Assembly: GCA_903887775.1 (NCBI GenBank) | Contig: CAISRB010000016.1 | Span: forward strand, 10,416-74,415 | Direction of reading: 5' to 3' | From: an uncultured Bacteroidales bacterium | Lineage (GTDB): Bacteria; Bacteroidota; Bacteroidia; Bacteroidales; FEN-979 | Length of the DNA stretch: 64,000 nucleotides | Shown here: positions 9,630 through 18,729 of the stretch, piece by piece | Layout: each line of letters opens with the position of its first letter | Numbering within the stretch: position 1 is the stretch's first letter | Made by a program: the position numbers and the translations under genes | The notes under the pieces: model-generated | Database searches by the model: none | What the model saw: the letters and a program-made list of their open reading frames with translations, nothing else | Told to the model about the DNA's origin: nothing

Positions 9630-11276
9630 TTAAACAGTTGGAATAATAATAGATGCCTTGACTCCCCTCTCGGATGTGATCCTGATCCTGCCATCCATCT
9701 GCTCAACTAAAAGTTTAATGATAAACATACCAAGCGAATCCTGTTTCCGGAGATCAAACCCTTCGGAAAGTCCGACTCCGTTATCTGAAATTGTAAGCTG
9801 AAAACCAGTTGCAAAGTATTTCTCAAGTTTAATTGTTATAATGCCTGCCTGTTTTTCAGGAAAGGCATATTTGTATGAATTTGTAAGCAGTTCATTAGTG
9901 ATCAATCCTATCGGCAGAGCTGTTTCGATATTAGCCAGAATGTCGTCAAGCTGTATTTCTATCCTTATCTTATTGTTGCGGAAAGTTCCTGAGATGATCT
10001 CAACCAGTGACTGTATGTAATTTGAAAGAGGTATCCTGTCAATGTTTACGCTGCGGTACAAATGTTCATGGATCAAAGCCATCGATCTGATCCTGAGTTC
10101 AACTTCCCTGACCAGCTTCTGGAAATTGGGATCAGGGTTTTTTCTTCCCTGCAAATCAAGGAGGCTTATAACTATTGCAAGATTGTTTTTGACCCTGTGA
10201 TGGATCTCCTTGAGCATGATCTCTTTCGTTTCGGCATTGCGTAATTTAAGCAATTCTATCTCATTCTCCTTCGACCGGTCCCTGATAACGATCATTACCT
10301 GTTCAACTATGTTGTTGTGAAAGATGGGGATTTTCCTGGTCTCGACAAAAAACTGCTGACCCCTGAATTCAAAACTGATTTCTCCTATAGAAATCCTTCC
10401 GTTTTCAAAAACAGCTTTCATTTCATCGATTTCTGCTTGCTTTAATAAAAGGAAGGTTTCAACAAGATTGCGCCCTTTGAGCTCAGAGGGAAGCCCTGCA
10501 TCAGCAACCGATTGCCTCAGCATTGAGTTGGCCATGATAATGTTCAGGCCCCGGTCAACGACAATAACCCAGTCGGGAAAAGAATCAAGCGCTTCGTGGT
10601 ACTGCAGTTCAGATCGTACAAGTTCATCTTCGGCCTCTTTTCGGTCCCTGCTCTCAAGGATTAATTTATGATAATTTTGAGTCAGGGCTTTCTGATGAAC
10701 GAAACTTTTCCAGCTGAGGCTGTGCAAAAAATAGGAGATGAACAAGCCAAGTGAGGTCATCGAAACCACGAAGAAAAGGTTGTTGATAAAAAAGAATGGA
10801 ATGTTGTAACTGCGGTTGATGAGAGTTGCCAGAATGTAGGCAAATAATTGCATGATATTCAGTACGATCAGGCGCCAGAAACTGATCCGGTACAGAGTAT
10901 GCGTTCCGATCATCACCAGCATCACCCAGGCGTAGAAATAATTATATCCCGGATCGGAAATATCAGAACTGACCCCCACATAATAAATGGCAAAGCAGGA
11001 GAAAAGGTTCAAAACAATGAAAATCACGGGAAGATACCTGGCCAGTGGTTTAATGAAAAGTATGATCAGGGAAACAAGAAGAATCGGCACGATAAACCCG
11101 AATCTTAAGAAATAATCCTGCTCGTGCACATTGCTTAACAGCAGTCTGTTGAAAACGGTATATACAAGAAAGAGCAGTAATGTGATGATCAGGCCAACCT
11201 TCATGCTTGGAATGGAGGAGGAAAGGTAATATTCCTCGAATTCCATGTCCAATTTTTTGCGTGACTGCTGCACCAT
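9630..11276 (-). CDS. Membrane sensor histidine kinase (multi-TM, PAS, HisKA_2/HATPase)
   Basis: About 6 TM helices at the N-terminus, a PAS-like segment, and EIHHRVKNNL, NELLTNSYKYAF, DNGVG and SLGM motifs. Confidence 0.9.
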   Translation of the reverse strand: MVQQSRKKLDMEFEEYYLSSSIPSMKVGLIITLLLFLVYTVFNRLLLSNVHEQDYFLRFGFIVPILLVSLIILFIKPLARYLPVIFIVLNLFSCFAIYYVGVSSDISDPGYNYFYAWVMLVMIGTHTLYRISFWRLIVLNIMQLFAYILATLINRSYNIPFFFINNLFFVVSMTSLGLFISYFLHSLSWKSFVHQKALTQNYHKLILESRDRKEAEDELVRSELQYHEALDSFPDWVIVVDRGLNIIMANSMLRQSVADAGLPSELKGRNLVETFLLLKQAEIDEMKAVFENGRISIGEISFEFRGQQFFVETRKIPIFHNNIVEQVMIVIRDRSKENEIELLKLRNAETKEIMLKEIHHRVKNNLAIVISLLDLQGRKNPDPNFQKLVREVELRIRSMALIHEHLYRSVNIDRIPLSNYIQSLVEIISGTFRNNKIRIEIQLDDILANIETALPIGLITNELLTNSYKYAFPEKQAGIITIKLEKYFATGFQLTISDNGVGLSEGFDLRKQDSLGMFIIKLLVEQMDGRIRITSERGVKASIIIPTV

Positions 11277-11295
11277 CGCTTAACGTTTAAGCTGT

Positions 11296-11553
11296 CTAGG
11301 TTTTAAATATCATATGCTGAACCTCAACACCGCCTATTTCCTTAAGTTTTTCTTCAAAACGTTCAAACTCTTCAGGGTCTCCGACAAGTTGAAGGAGGAT
11401 CACGCCTATCCTGCTGCAGACATCTTCACTTACTTCATGAAAGCCCAGCCTTGATTTAATAAGGCAGGCGTATTCGGTAAGCAATTCCTGCACCCGGCCC
11501 GCTTCTTTGATCCGGTCAGATATCAGCAATCCAATAATTCGGATCTCTTTCAT
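11296..11553 (-). CDS. TM1266-like ACT-fold protein (iron-only hydrogenase system regulator family), copy 1
   Basis: IIGLLISDRIKEAGRVQELLTEYACLIKSRLGFHE, directly downstream of hydG. Confidence 0.78.
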   Translation of the reverse strand: MKEIRIIGLLISDRIKEAGRVQELLTEYACLIKSRLGFHEVSEDVCSRIGVILLQLVGDPEEFERFEEKLKEIGGVEVQHMIFKT

Positions 11554-11562
11554 AATCGATGA

Positions 11563-12993
11563 TTATAAATAAACGTCTCGTTTTCCTTCTTTGATTTGCT
11601 CAAGCTTTTTGATCAGGTCCTGCCTGAATGAATCCTGCCCAATTTCATTTAATTTCTTCCGGATCAGTATATATCCCTTTTCCCTGGTATCTTCCGGGGC
11701 GTAATCTTCAAGGTACTCAGCCAGTGTGAGCAGGGCATTGGGCTGGCAATAGCGTTTAATGAATCCGGGAACAGAGAACTCCATAAAGTGTTCGCCTGTA
11801 CGCCCCTTCCTGTAACATGAAGTACAGAACGAAGGTATGTAATCATGCTGAAGAAGTTCATCGATGATTTCATTCAGGCTGCGGTTATCGTTGATCTGGA
11901 ACTGTTCCAGGTCTATATCCTGGGTTTCTGCATGTTCTTTGTTTGCATACCCGCCCATTTCGATATTGGTTCCCCCGTCGATCTGTGATACCCCGAACTG
12001 CATAATCTCATCACGGATAGCCGCCGTTTCCCTGGCAGTAAGGATAAGTCCTGTGTAAGGAACTGCAAGTCTCAGGATGGCGACAAGCCGGGTGAAATCA
12101 GCGTCACTGACCAAATGTGATTTGTCTATGTTAAGCTGGGATGCATATTGAATCCTCGGGAATGAAATGGTATGGGGCCCTACATTATACACTGCCTCAA
12201 AATGATTGGCATGCCTCAGCAGGCCTAGCAAATCAAACCTCCAGTCATATAATCCAAACAGCGCACCTATTCCCACATCGTCTATTCCTGCCTCCTGGGC
12301 ACGATCGAGGGCTGTTAACCTCCATTCAAAATTTCTTTTGATACCCTGAAGGTGAACCTTAGCATAAGTTTCTTCATGGTAAGTCTCCTGAAAGATCTGA
12401 TAGGTACCAATCTTTGCGTCTTTTACAATACGGAAACCATCAATATCCATGGGCGCTGCATTGATATTAACCCTCCTGATCTCTCCCGGACCGCTTCGCA
12501 CCGAATACACAATACCAACGGTTTCCGCAATAAACTTCGCGTCGTATTTGGGATGTTCCCCGTAAACGAGGATGAGTCTCTTCTGACCGGCATCCTCCAG
12601 GGCTTTAACCTGAGCAACCAGATCATCTTTCGTCAGAGTGACCCGCCTGATCGCTTTGTTGGTCGATTTAAATCCGCAGTAAGCACAGGTATTGATACAG
12701 AGGTTCCCTACATAAAGAGGGGCAAAAAGAACAATTCTCTGGCCGTAAATGGTATCCTTCAGAATTTTCGCCCCCTGTTTGATCTCTTCAATCAGCTCAG
12801 GATCGGAAGCCTGGATAAGCGAAGCAGTTTCTTCGAGCGTCAGGCGCTGCTTGTCAAGCGATTTGGCAATGATCTCCCTTACCCTTTCTTTTGAGGGCCT
12901 GGCATTATTAATGAAACCCCGGATCTCATCAGGATCCAAAAAGGGTTTCATGCGCTGATCCTTAATTTTAAGTTTCTCAGGTTTGAAAATCAT
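11563..12993 (-). CDS. hydG: [FeFe]-hydrogenase H-cluster radical SAM maturase HydG
   Basis: FAPLY..N.CINTCAYC, GPHTISFPR and the C-terminal CxxC-x22-C auxiliary cluster motif (CTSCYR...RYCQPNA) that ThiH lacks. Start at ATG 12993; TACCTTTG -7 box at 13027-13034. Confidence 0.92.
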   Translation of the reverse strand: MIFKPEKLKIKDQRMKPFLDPDEIRGFINNARPSKERVREIIAKSLDKQRLTLEETASLIQASDPELIEEIKQGAKILKDTIYGQRIVLFAPLYVGNLCINTCAYCGFKSTNKAIRRVTLTKDDLVAQVKALEDAGQKRLILVYGEHPKYDAKFIAETVGIVYSVRSGPGEIRRVNINAAPMDIDGFRIVKDAKIGTYQIFQETYHEETYAKVHLQGIKRNFEWRLTALDRAQEAGIDDVGIGALFGLYDWRFDLLGLLRHANHFEAVYNVGPHTISFPRIQYASQLNIDKSHLVSDADFTRLVAILRLAVPYTGLILTARETAAIRDEIMQFGVSQIDGGTNIEMGGYANKEHAETQDIDLEQFQINDNRSLNEIIDELLQHDYIPSFCTSCYRKGRTGEHFMEFSVPGFIKRYCQPNALLTLAEYLEDYAPEDTREKGYILIRKKLNEIGQDSFRQDLIKKLEQIKEGKRDVYL

Positions 12994-13044
12994 GTATGGT
13001 AGTTTGGGGCAGGTTAAACCGGCGTACAAAGGTACGAAAAGATA

Positions 13045-13120
13045 GCGTTCTTGCGTTTTGCGTTCTTGCGTTTTGCGTTCTTGCGTTAATGCGTTCTTGC
13101 GTTAATGCGTTTTGCGTTCT
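13045..13120. repeat. Mixed 7/8-mer tandem array (GCGTTCTT/GCGTTTT/GCGTTAAT x10)
   Basis: Read directly. It overlaps the stop codon of the upstream DMT gene and ends 10 nt from the hydG -7 box. Confidence 0.92.
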
Positions 13121-13998
13121 GCCTTATTGCGTTCTGAGAGGTATACCCCGCCGATCACGATAGTAATCCCGGCGATCTTTTGAATAGTGAAAGGTTCAGA
13201 CAGCAGCAGGTATGAAAAAACGGCAGTAAATACAGGTATAAGATTGGAATAAATATTTGCTTTGCTTATCCCGATCTCCTTGACGGTCCTCGCAAAGAAA
13301 ACGAAGGCAACTGAGGATGCCAGGATGGAAAGGAAGAGAAATGAAGAAACAATATCACTGGTCAGATGTGTGGTTCCCAGTCTGTTTCTCTCAAATATGA
13401 GGAATACGGGAAGGAATAGCAGAGCGCCGATAATGTTTTGCCAGGCAATAATGGTCAAAGGTGAATATCTGAGTGTAAGTTTTCTCAGGAATACTGAAAA
13501 GATAAGGGATGAAAAAACCGCCCCGAAAAGTGATAATACACCTTTCCCTTCTCCTGATAAGGACAGGTCTCTTGTTCCGAGCATGATTGCAACACCGGTA
13601 AAGGAAACAAATATCCCGAAGATGTTGAGGCGGGAGATCTTTTCCCGGAACGTAAACCAGGCTATCACAGGAGAAAAAACAGGAATGGTTGCTATGATGA
13701 CGCTTGCAACGGTCGCCGAAGTAAATTTAACGCCAAAATTCTCTCCAAGGAAGTACAGGAAGGGGTTAAAAACGGCGCTTCCGACAAACAGCCAAATGTC
13801 TTCGCGATGTATCCTTTCATGATGTCCGCTCACAACCATCAGGATAAACAGAAAAGCAGATGAAATCAACAGACGTATAAAAATGATTGTGACCGGTTGA
13901 AAATGGGCCAGCAGACGAGTTGTCCAGATAAAAGACATTCCCCAGAACAGCATGGCTGCCAGGGCATAAAAGTGTACCGGTATGTTAATCTTTTTCAA
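13102..13998 (-). CDS. DMT/EamA family permease
   Basis: FWGMSF, ATIPVF and YSNLIPVF motifs; 10 TM. Start uncertain: TTG 13998 chosen because a TAATTTTG box lies at 14005-14012. Confidence 0.85.
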   Translation of the reverse strand: MKKINIPVHFYALAAMLFWGMSFIWTTRLLAHFQPVTIIFIRLLISSAFLFILMVVSGHHERIHREDIWLFVGSAVFNPFLYFLGENFGVKFTSATVASVIIATIPVFSPVIAWFTFREKISRLNIFGIFVSFTGVAIMLGTRDLSLSGEGKGVLSLFGAVFSSLIFSVFLRKLTLRYSPLTIIAWQNIIGALLFLPVFLIFERNRLGTTHLTSDIVSSFLFLSILASSVAFVFFARTVKEIGISKANIYSNLIPVFTAVFSYLLLSEPFTIQKIAGITIVIGGVYLSERNKAERKTH

Positions 13999-14029
13999 TT
14001 GACGCAAAATTAGAATTTTATCACATTGT

Positions 14030-14057
14030 TGTAACATTTAGTATCTTGTTGAGTCTA
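14030..14057 (+). promoter_or_regulatory. Putative ECF-sigma autoregulatory promoter TGTAAC-N16-AGTCTA
   Basis: Typical ECF -35 AAC / -10 GTC geometry directly upstream of the ECF sigma gene. Confidence 0.6.
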
Positions 14058-14075
14058 TTGGCTAAAACTGGGAGT

Positions 14076-14648
14076 TTGGAAACCCGATATGAAAATATTC
14101 ACAAGGATCTGATCGATGCCTGCCGTCGGGGGGACCGCAACGCCCAGTTCAAACTTTACAAGCTATATTATAAAGCCATGTTCAATACCAGCCTTAGAAT
14201 AGTAAATGATACAGCTGAAGCCGAAGACATTATGCAGGAGTCGTTCCTGGATGCTTTTCAGAGGATGGAAGGCTACACCGGACAAGGGAGTTTCGGCAGC
14301 TGGCTCAAACGAATTGTGATCAACAATTCACTTGATGCCCTGAGAAGAACTAAGGAAACCGTATCGATCGAAGATGATATTTTAGAATTGCCCGACGAAC
14401 AGGATTATAACAATGAAGCTGCAATCCAGATACAGGTAAAACAAGTGATGAAGGCAATTCAACAGCTCCCCGATGATTACAGGGTCATCATCAGCCTTTT
14501 TCTGCTCGAAGGGTATGATCATGAAGAAATATCAGGTATACTGAATATAAGCAACCAGCTATCGAGGACCCGTTATTCACGGGCCCGCCAGAAGCTTCTT
14601 TCCATTTTAAAAGAGAATAAATACCAGAATGCCTTTAATTATAATTAG
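14076..14648 (+). CDS. ECF RNA polymerase sigma factor
   Basis: AQFKLYKLY, AEDIMQESF, SWLKRIVIN and region 4 LPDDYRVIISL..EGYDHEEIS. Start probably TTG 14076, since 14046 overlaps the promoter. Confidence 0.92.
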   Translation: METRYENIHKDLIDACRRGDRNAQFKLYKLYYKAMFNTSLRIVNDTAEAEDIMQESFLDAFQRMEGYTGQGSFGSWLKRIVINNSLDALRRTKETVSIEDDILELPDEQDYNNEAAIQIQVKQVMKAIQQLPDDYRVIISLFLLEGYDHEEISGILNISNQLSRTRYSRARQKLLSILKENKYQNAFNYN

Positions 14649-14650
14649 AA

Positions 14651-15184
14651 ATGAATAACCTGGATAATCTAATACATGAAAATCGTGATCAGTTTGATGG
14701 GATCGAGCCATTAGACGGGCATTTTGAAAGGTTTCGCGAAAGGCTTGGCGCTGCTGAACAACCATTTGTTGCAAGGCCTTCAAGGTTCAGCCTGTTAAAG
14801 GTTGCAGCTATCATTCTTGTTATCATCACCGGAAGCATCCTGGTTTTCGATATGGCAACGCGTTCAATTCGGGAAAGATTTTCATCCGACAGGGCCGGTA
14901 TTGAATTTTCTGCTGAGATGGCAGAGGCCATCCAATATTATGATGACAGAGCCATGGCGCAGCTTAAAGAGGTGAGCAAACTCACTAACGACCGGGCACA
15001 GGCTGATCAGATCAACAGGGATGCCCTTAAAGAAATGCAGTCCCTCGATGAAAGCACAAGGGAACTCGAGAAATCCCTCGCCGAAAATCCTAACTGCGAA
15101 CGGCTGAGGGCAGCTATCATCCAGAATCAGCAAATGAAAGAAGGCATGATGACAAACATCATCAGCCAATTAAATAAACATTAA
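14651..15184 (+). CDS. Putative single-TM anti-sigma factor
   Basis: Follows the ECF sigma after 2 nt. Short cytoplasmic N-terminus (EP..GHFERF..RL), one TM and a helical periplasmic domain. Confidence 0.7.
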   Translation: MNNLDNLIHENRDQFDGIEPLDGHFERFRERLGAAEQPFVARPSRFSLLKVAAIILVIITGSILVFDMATRSIRERFSSDRAGIEFSAEMAEAIQYYDDRAMAQLKEVSKLTNDRAQADQINRDALKEMQSLDESTRELEKSLAENPNCERLRAAIIQNQQMKEGMMTNIISQLNKH

Positions 15185-15204
15185 CAAACTAATATATACC
15201 TGCT

Positions 15205-16260
15205 ATGAAAACTTTGCTGAAAATAATCCTGATTATACTCCTGACCCACTTTGCAACTGACATGAAAGGAGCCAGCATTAACGAATATACAAGAATAATA
15301 ACAAAGGAATTCAATGTGAATCCTGATGCGATGCTTACGGTCTCCAATAAATTCGGCAGGATCCACTGTTCGAACTGGGATAAAAATGTTGTCGGGATTG
15401 AAGTCAAGGTGATCGTGGAAGCCACCAACGATAATACAGCGGCTGCAATGCTTGAAAAGATCAATGTGACTTTTACCAATACTGTATCTCTCGTAGAAGC
15501 TACAACTGCGATCGATGAGATGAAAACATCGGGCAAAAACAGCTTCCAGGTGGAATATACCATCAACTTTCCTGCCAGTATGAATATTGACCTTACGAAT
15601 AAATTCGGCGATATCTATGTGAACGAGGTATCGGGAAAAGCCAGGATCAATCTCAGTTATGGCAGCCTGGATATGAACAAACTTGATAACTCAGACAACC
15701 TGATTGACCTTAAATTCTGCAGCTCGGCAAAAGTGGGCAGCATTAAGGGAGCAGTGATAAACCTGAAATATTCCACACTGGATATAGAATATGCAGGAAG
15801 CCTCAGGCTTGATTCGAAGTTCTCCAATCTTAACGCAGATAAAATCATCGCACTGAATATAAGCTTCGAAGGAGGAGCCATTGATGTTAAGAATGTATCG
15901 ACTGTTGAAAGCCGTTCAAAATTTTCCAATGTGGATATTGATAAAATAGATCAGAGCCTGAACCTCGATGTTCAATACGGAAGGTTCAATGTTCACGAAG
16001 TAGGACCGGATTTCACGAATATTACAATTAAGAATAAATATGCTGATGTCGATGTGAGGCTTCCCGAAAATGCCGAATATAACCTTGATGCCACATTGAA
16101 ATATTGCGAACTCCATTTCCCTGAAGGTAATTCCATTTTGACCTACCGTTCGGTAACGCCAACCTCAACGGAATACCGTGGTGTTGTTGGAAGCAAAGAA
16201 GCGAAGCCGAAAGCCAGTGTGGTGGTGAGAAGTGATTATGGGAGCGTGTCGCTCAGGTAG
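15205..16260 (+). CDS. Exported beta-helix-repeat protein (DUF4097/adhesin-like)
   Basis: Signal peptide and repeated NKFG/SYGS/KYS/KFS units. Lies in the ECF operon. Confidence 0.6.
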   Translation: MKTLLKIILIILLTHFATDMKGASINEYTRIITKEFNVNPDAMLTVSNKFGRIHCSNWDKNVVGIEVKVIVEATNDNTAAAMLEKINVTFTNTVSLVEATTAIDEMKTSGKNSFQVEYTINFPASMNIDLTNKFGDIYVNEVSGKARINLSYGSLDMNKLDNSDNLIDLKFCSSAKVGSIKGAVINLKYSTLDIEYAGSLRLDSKFSNLNADKIIALNISFEGGAIDVKNVSTVESRSKFSNVDIDKIDQSLNLDVQYGRFNVHEVGPDFTNITIKNKYADVDVRLPENAEYNLDATLKYCELHFPEGNSILTYRSVTPTSTEYRGVVGSKEAKPKASVVVRSDYGSVSLR

Positions 16261-16441
16261 CGAGGTAGCGAGAAGCGAGGTAGCGAAATGTCAGGTAGCG
16301 AGGTAGCGAGAAGCGAGGTAGCGAAATGTCAGGTAGCGAGGTAGCGAGAAGCGTTTGGCGAAGCCAAAATGAGCACACAAATGAAATAAGCAATTGGTGC
16401 GAATAAAAGCGAAAAGCGAGAAGCGAGAAGCGAAAAGCGAA
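16255..16441 (+). repeat. Composite intergenic element, copy 1: 38-bp higher-order repeat x2.6, 64-bp core (16349-16412), heptamer tail
   Basis: (AGGTAGCG)2-AGAAGCG-AGGTAGCG-AAATGTC is repeated. The core is identical to the reverse complement of 49304-49367. Confidence 0.93.
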
Positions 16442-16447
16442 ATAAAT

Positions 16448-16475
16448 TGTAACCAAACCCGAATTATATCATCAA
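16448..16475 (+). promoter_or_regulatory. Putative ECF promoter TGTAAC-N16-CATCAA
   Basis: Same geometry as the site at 14030; 31 nt upstream of ATG 16507. Confidence 0.55.
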
Positions 16476-16506
16476 ACAGAATCCAGACTCATTAAAATCA
16501 AAAACT

Positions 16507-17241
16507 ATGAAAACAAGAAACATTATCAGGCTGTTCATGTTCGTGATGCTGTTCACAGGCATCTCAGGGATCTCGTCAGGTTGCAACATGATTAACGGTG
16601 TCCAGGGCGATGGAAAAGTCGTAAGGGAAACCAGGGTTGTAAGTTCATTCGATGGGATTGACATATCAGGGGCTTTCAGTGTATACCTGAAGCAGGGAAG
16701 TATTGAGGAGGTGATCATTGAAGCTGATGACAACCTTCAGCCGATCATCCGTGCCGAGGTTCATGGATCGACACTTGTGATTGATACAAAGAAACCGATC
16801 AACCATTCCACTTCACTGAAAGTATATATCACATTAAAAGATCTGAAGAAGGCTGAGGTCAGCGGAGCTGTTGATATCGTGACTGAAAACAAGATAAACC
16901 TGAACGATTTCAGCCTGCATACAAGCGGGGCATCTGACATACGCATGGACCTGAGTGCGCAAAAGCTTGGCCTGGATTGCAGTGGCGCAAGCAAATTAAG
17001 GCTTTCAGGATCTGCCGTCGATGTGACAGCCGAGTTATCCGGTGCCTGCGATATTTATGGGTTCGACCTGATTTGTGAGAATTTCACTGTTGATATGAGC
17101 GGGGCAGGAAAAGCCCAGATCCATGTGACTAAAAAGATATACGCTGAGATCTCGGGTGCCGGCAGTATACGTTATAAAGGGAACCCCACGGTCATTAACC
17201 AGAGTGTTTCGGGCGCAGGATCTATCAGGCACGAGGACTAA
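16507..17241 (+). CDS. DUF2807 (head GIN domain) exported protein
   Basis: Signal or lipoprotein peptide, G.G.V..E.R.V..FDGI, repeated SGAS/SGAG units, ending YKGNP..SGAGSI. Confidence 0.8.
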   Translation: MKTRNIIRLFMFVMLFTGISGISSGCNMINGVQGDGKVVRETRVVSSFDGIDISGAFSVYLKQGSIEEVIIEADDNLQPIIRAEVHGSTLVIDTKKPINHSTSLKVYITLKDLKKAEVSGAVDIVTENKINLNDFSLHTSGASDIRMDLSAQKLGLDCSGASKLRLSGSAVDVTAELSGACDIYGFDLICENFTVDMSGAGKAQIHVTKKIYAEISGAGSIRYKGNPTVINQSVSGAGSIRHED

Positions 17242-17243
17242 AA

Positions 17244-17270
17244 ATGAGCCAGAAGCCATGAGCCATGAGT
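17244..17270 (+). repeat. Short ATGAGCC heptamer array
   Basis: atgagcc-agaagcc-atgagcc-atgagt between convergent genes. The same unit occurs at 31264 and 49254. Confidence 0.7.
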
Positions 17271-17293
17271 AAAAATTTCATTACTATTACCTC

Positions 17294-18724
17294 TTATGGT
17301 TCTATCCAAAGTACAGAATTATCTGTTCCATACTGGTTATTTTCCCAAAGGTCGTTCCCCGGATCAAGAATCCACTTGCCATCTACAACAAATTTATAAG
17401 TGTGCTTGCCTGGTTTAAGGTAAATGGGGAAAACCCATTTACCTTCTTTTTTTACCATCTGGTATCCGTCTTTGTTCCATCCGTTAAAACTTCCTGCAAC
17501 AATTATTTTCTTCGCTTCAGCATATCCGTCAATGGCAAACAGATGGTTGGGTTTTACTGCAATGAACGAATTCCCCGATTGTAAAGAATAAGGGTTATCG
17601 GGATCGGTGATCCATTTACCATCAAGAATGAATTTATATTCATAATTTCCGGCGGCCAGAACATAGGGAAGCTGCCATCCGTCATTAACTTTCTCCATAG
17701 ATAATTCCGAACCGTTCCAGGCATTGAAATTGCCGGCCAAATTCACCTGTTTAATGTTTGTATTCTCTTTCAGGGTGAAATACATTGTGTCACCAATACT
17801 GACAAATGAATTCTCATGTCCTGCGCCATCGGGCCTCTTAATTTTATTCGAGGGATCGAGAAACCATTGATTGTCGGCAAAAAATTTATAGGCATGGGTC
17901 CCTTCGCGGAGGAACAGGTTCAGAGCCCATCCCCCTGCAACCGGGTACATTCTCAGCTCCCGGGGATTCCAGCTATTGAAACTTCCTGCAACAAACACAT
18001 CTTTCAGGCTTCTGCTGAATGGCAGAAAAAAACGATAATTATAACAGAAAACAACACAGTTTTCTCCTCCCTGGGTGTCGTCTTCCCTTAGTTTATTATA
18101 TGGATCAGAGCTCCATACCCCGTCAATAATATATTTATATGAGTATTTCCCGGGTTTCAGCCTGAGGGTGATGAACCATCCTGAATCACAGCGGACCATG
18201 GGGCTCTGCATCGTGCTCCAGTTGTTGAACGTCCCGGCAATAGAAACATGCTGTGCATTTTTCCTTTGAGGCAGAAAGAACCTTGCCACCCCTTTATGAT
18301 AATTAAAAACCGAGTACAGGCTAAGTACATTGATCCCAAACGCCGCCGATTCACGTTCTTCTATGCCGGCTGCATTGATCCAGCGGTCATCGAGCATATA
18401 GACGTCATTTCTGACCATAGCAGCCCCGTTATCCATAGGCTTTGATAATTCCACCCTGTGTGTGTCAAGCTTCTTTACACTCCATTTCACTCCATTGACG
18501 ATGATCTCAGCTTTACCGCTGAATGCTTCTGAAAGGAAGGAGCTGTCGATATCAAACTGTTTCATCACCTCCCTGGTCTGAGTGGAAGTCCAGTTACGGT
18601 CAAGCTTCAGGATCACCTGATTGTCGTCGATCCGGCATATATCTTTTGGATCATACTGAGACCGGGCAGCCAAAGCCGCAACGAAGAAAACGAAAAGGAT
18701 AACAGGCCGTAAAAGTGTTTTCAC
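17294..18724 (-). CDS. Exported protein with four tandem CBM48/AMPK-beta-like glycogen-binding modules
   Basis: Signal peptide plus four copies of V.(I/V/L)AG.FN.W...M....GW...L..G...YK(Y/F)..D..W..DP.N. Confidence 0.85.
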   Translation of the reverse strand: MKTLLRPVILFVFFVAALAARSQYDPKDICRIDDNQVILKLDRNWTSTQTREVMKQFDIDSSFLSEAFSGKAEIIVNGVKWSVKKLDTHRVELSKPMDNGAAMVRNDVYMLDDRWINAAGIEERESAAFGINVLSLYSVFNYHKGVARFFLPQRKNAQHVSIAGTFNNWSTMQSPMVRCDSGWFITLRLKPGKYSYKYIIDGVWSSDPYNKLREDDTQGGENCVVFCYNYRFFLPFSRSLKDVFVAGSFNSWNPRELRMYPVAGGWALNLFLREGTHAYKFFADNQWFLDPSNKIKRPDGAGHENSFVSIGDTMYFTLKENTNIKQVNLAGNFNAWNGSELSMEKVNDGWQLPYVLAAGNYEYKFILDGKWITDPDNPYSLQSGNSFIAVKPNHLFAIDGYAEAKKIIVAGSFNGWNKDGYQMVKKEGKWVFPIYLKPGKHTYKFVVDGKWILDPGNDLWENNQYGTDNSVLWIEP

Positions 18725-18729
18725 CTTCT

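Noticed and set aside
11563-12993. ThiH (thiazole synthesis) instead of HydG
   Set aside because: The C-terminal CxxC-x22-C motif, the length and the TM1266 neighbour favour HydG, and no thi genes are nearby.
16255-16353. 38-bp repeated unit as a possible CRISPR array
   Set aside because: The units are directly adjacent with no unique spacers, are built from 7/8-mers, and no cas genes are present.
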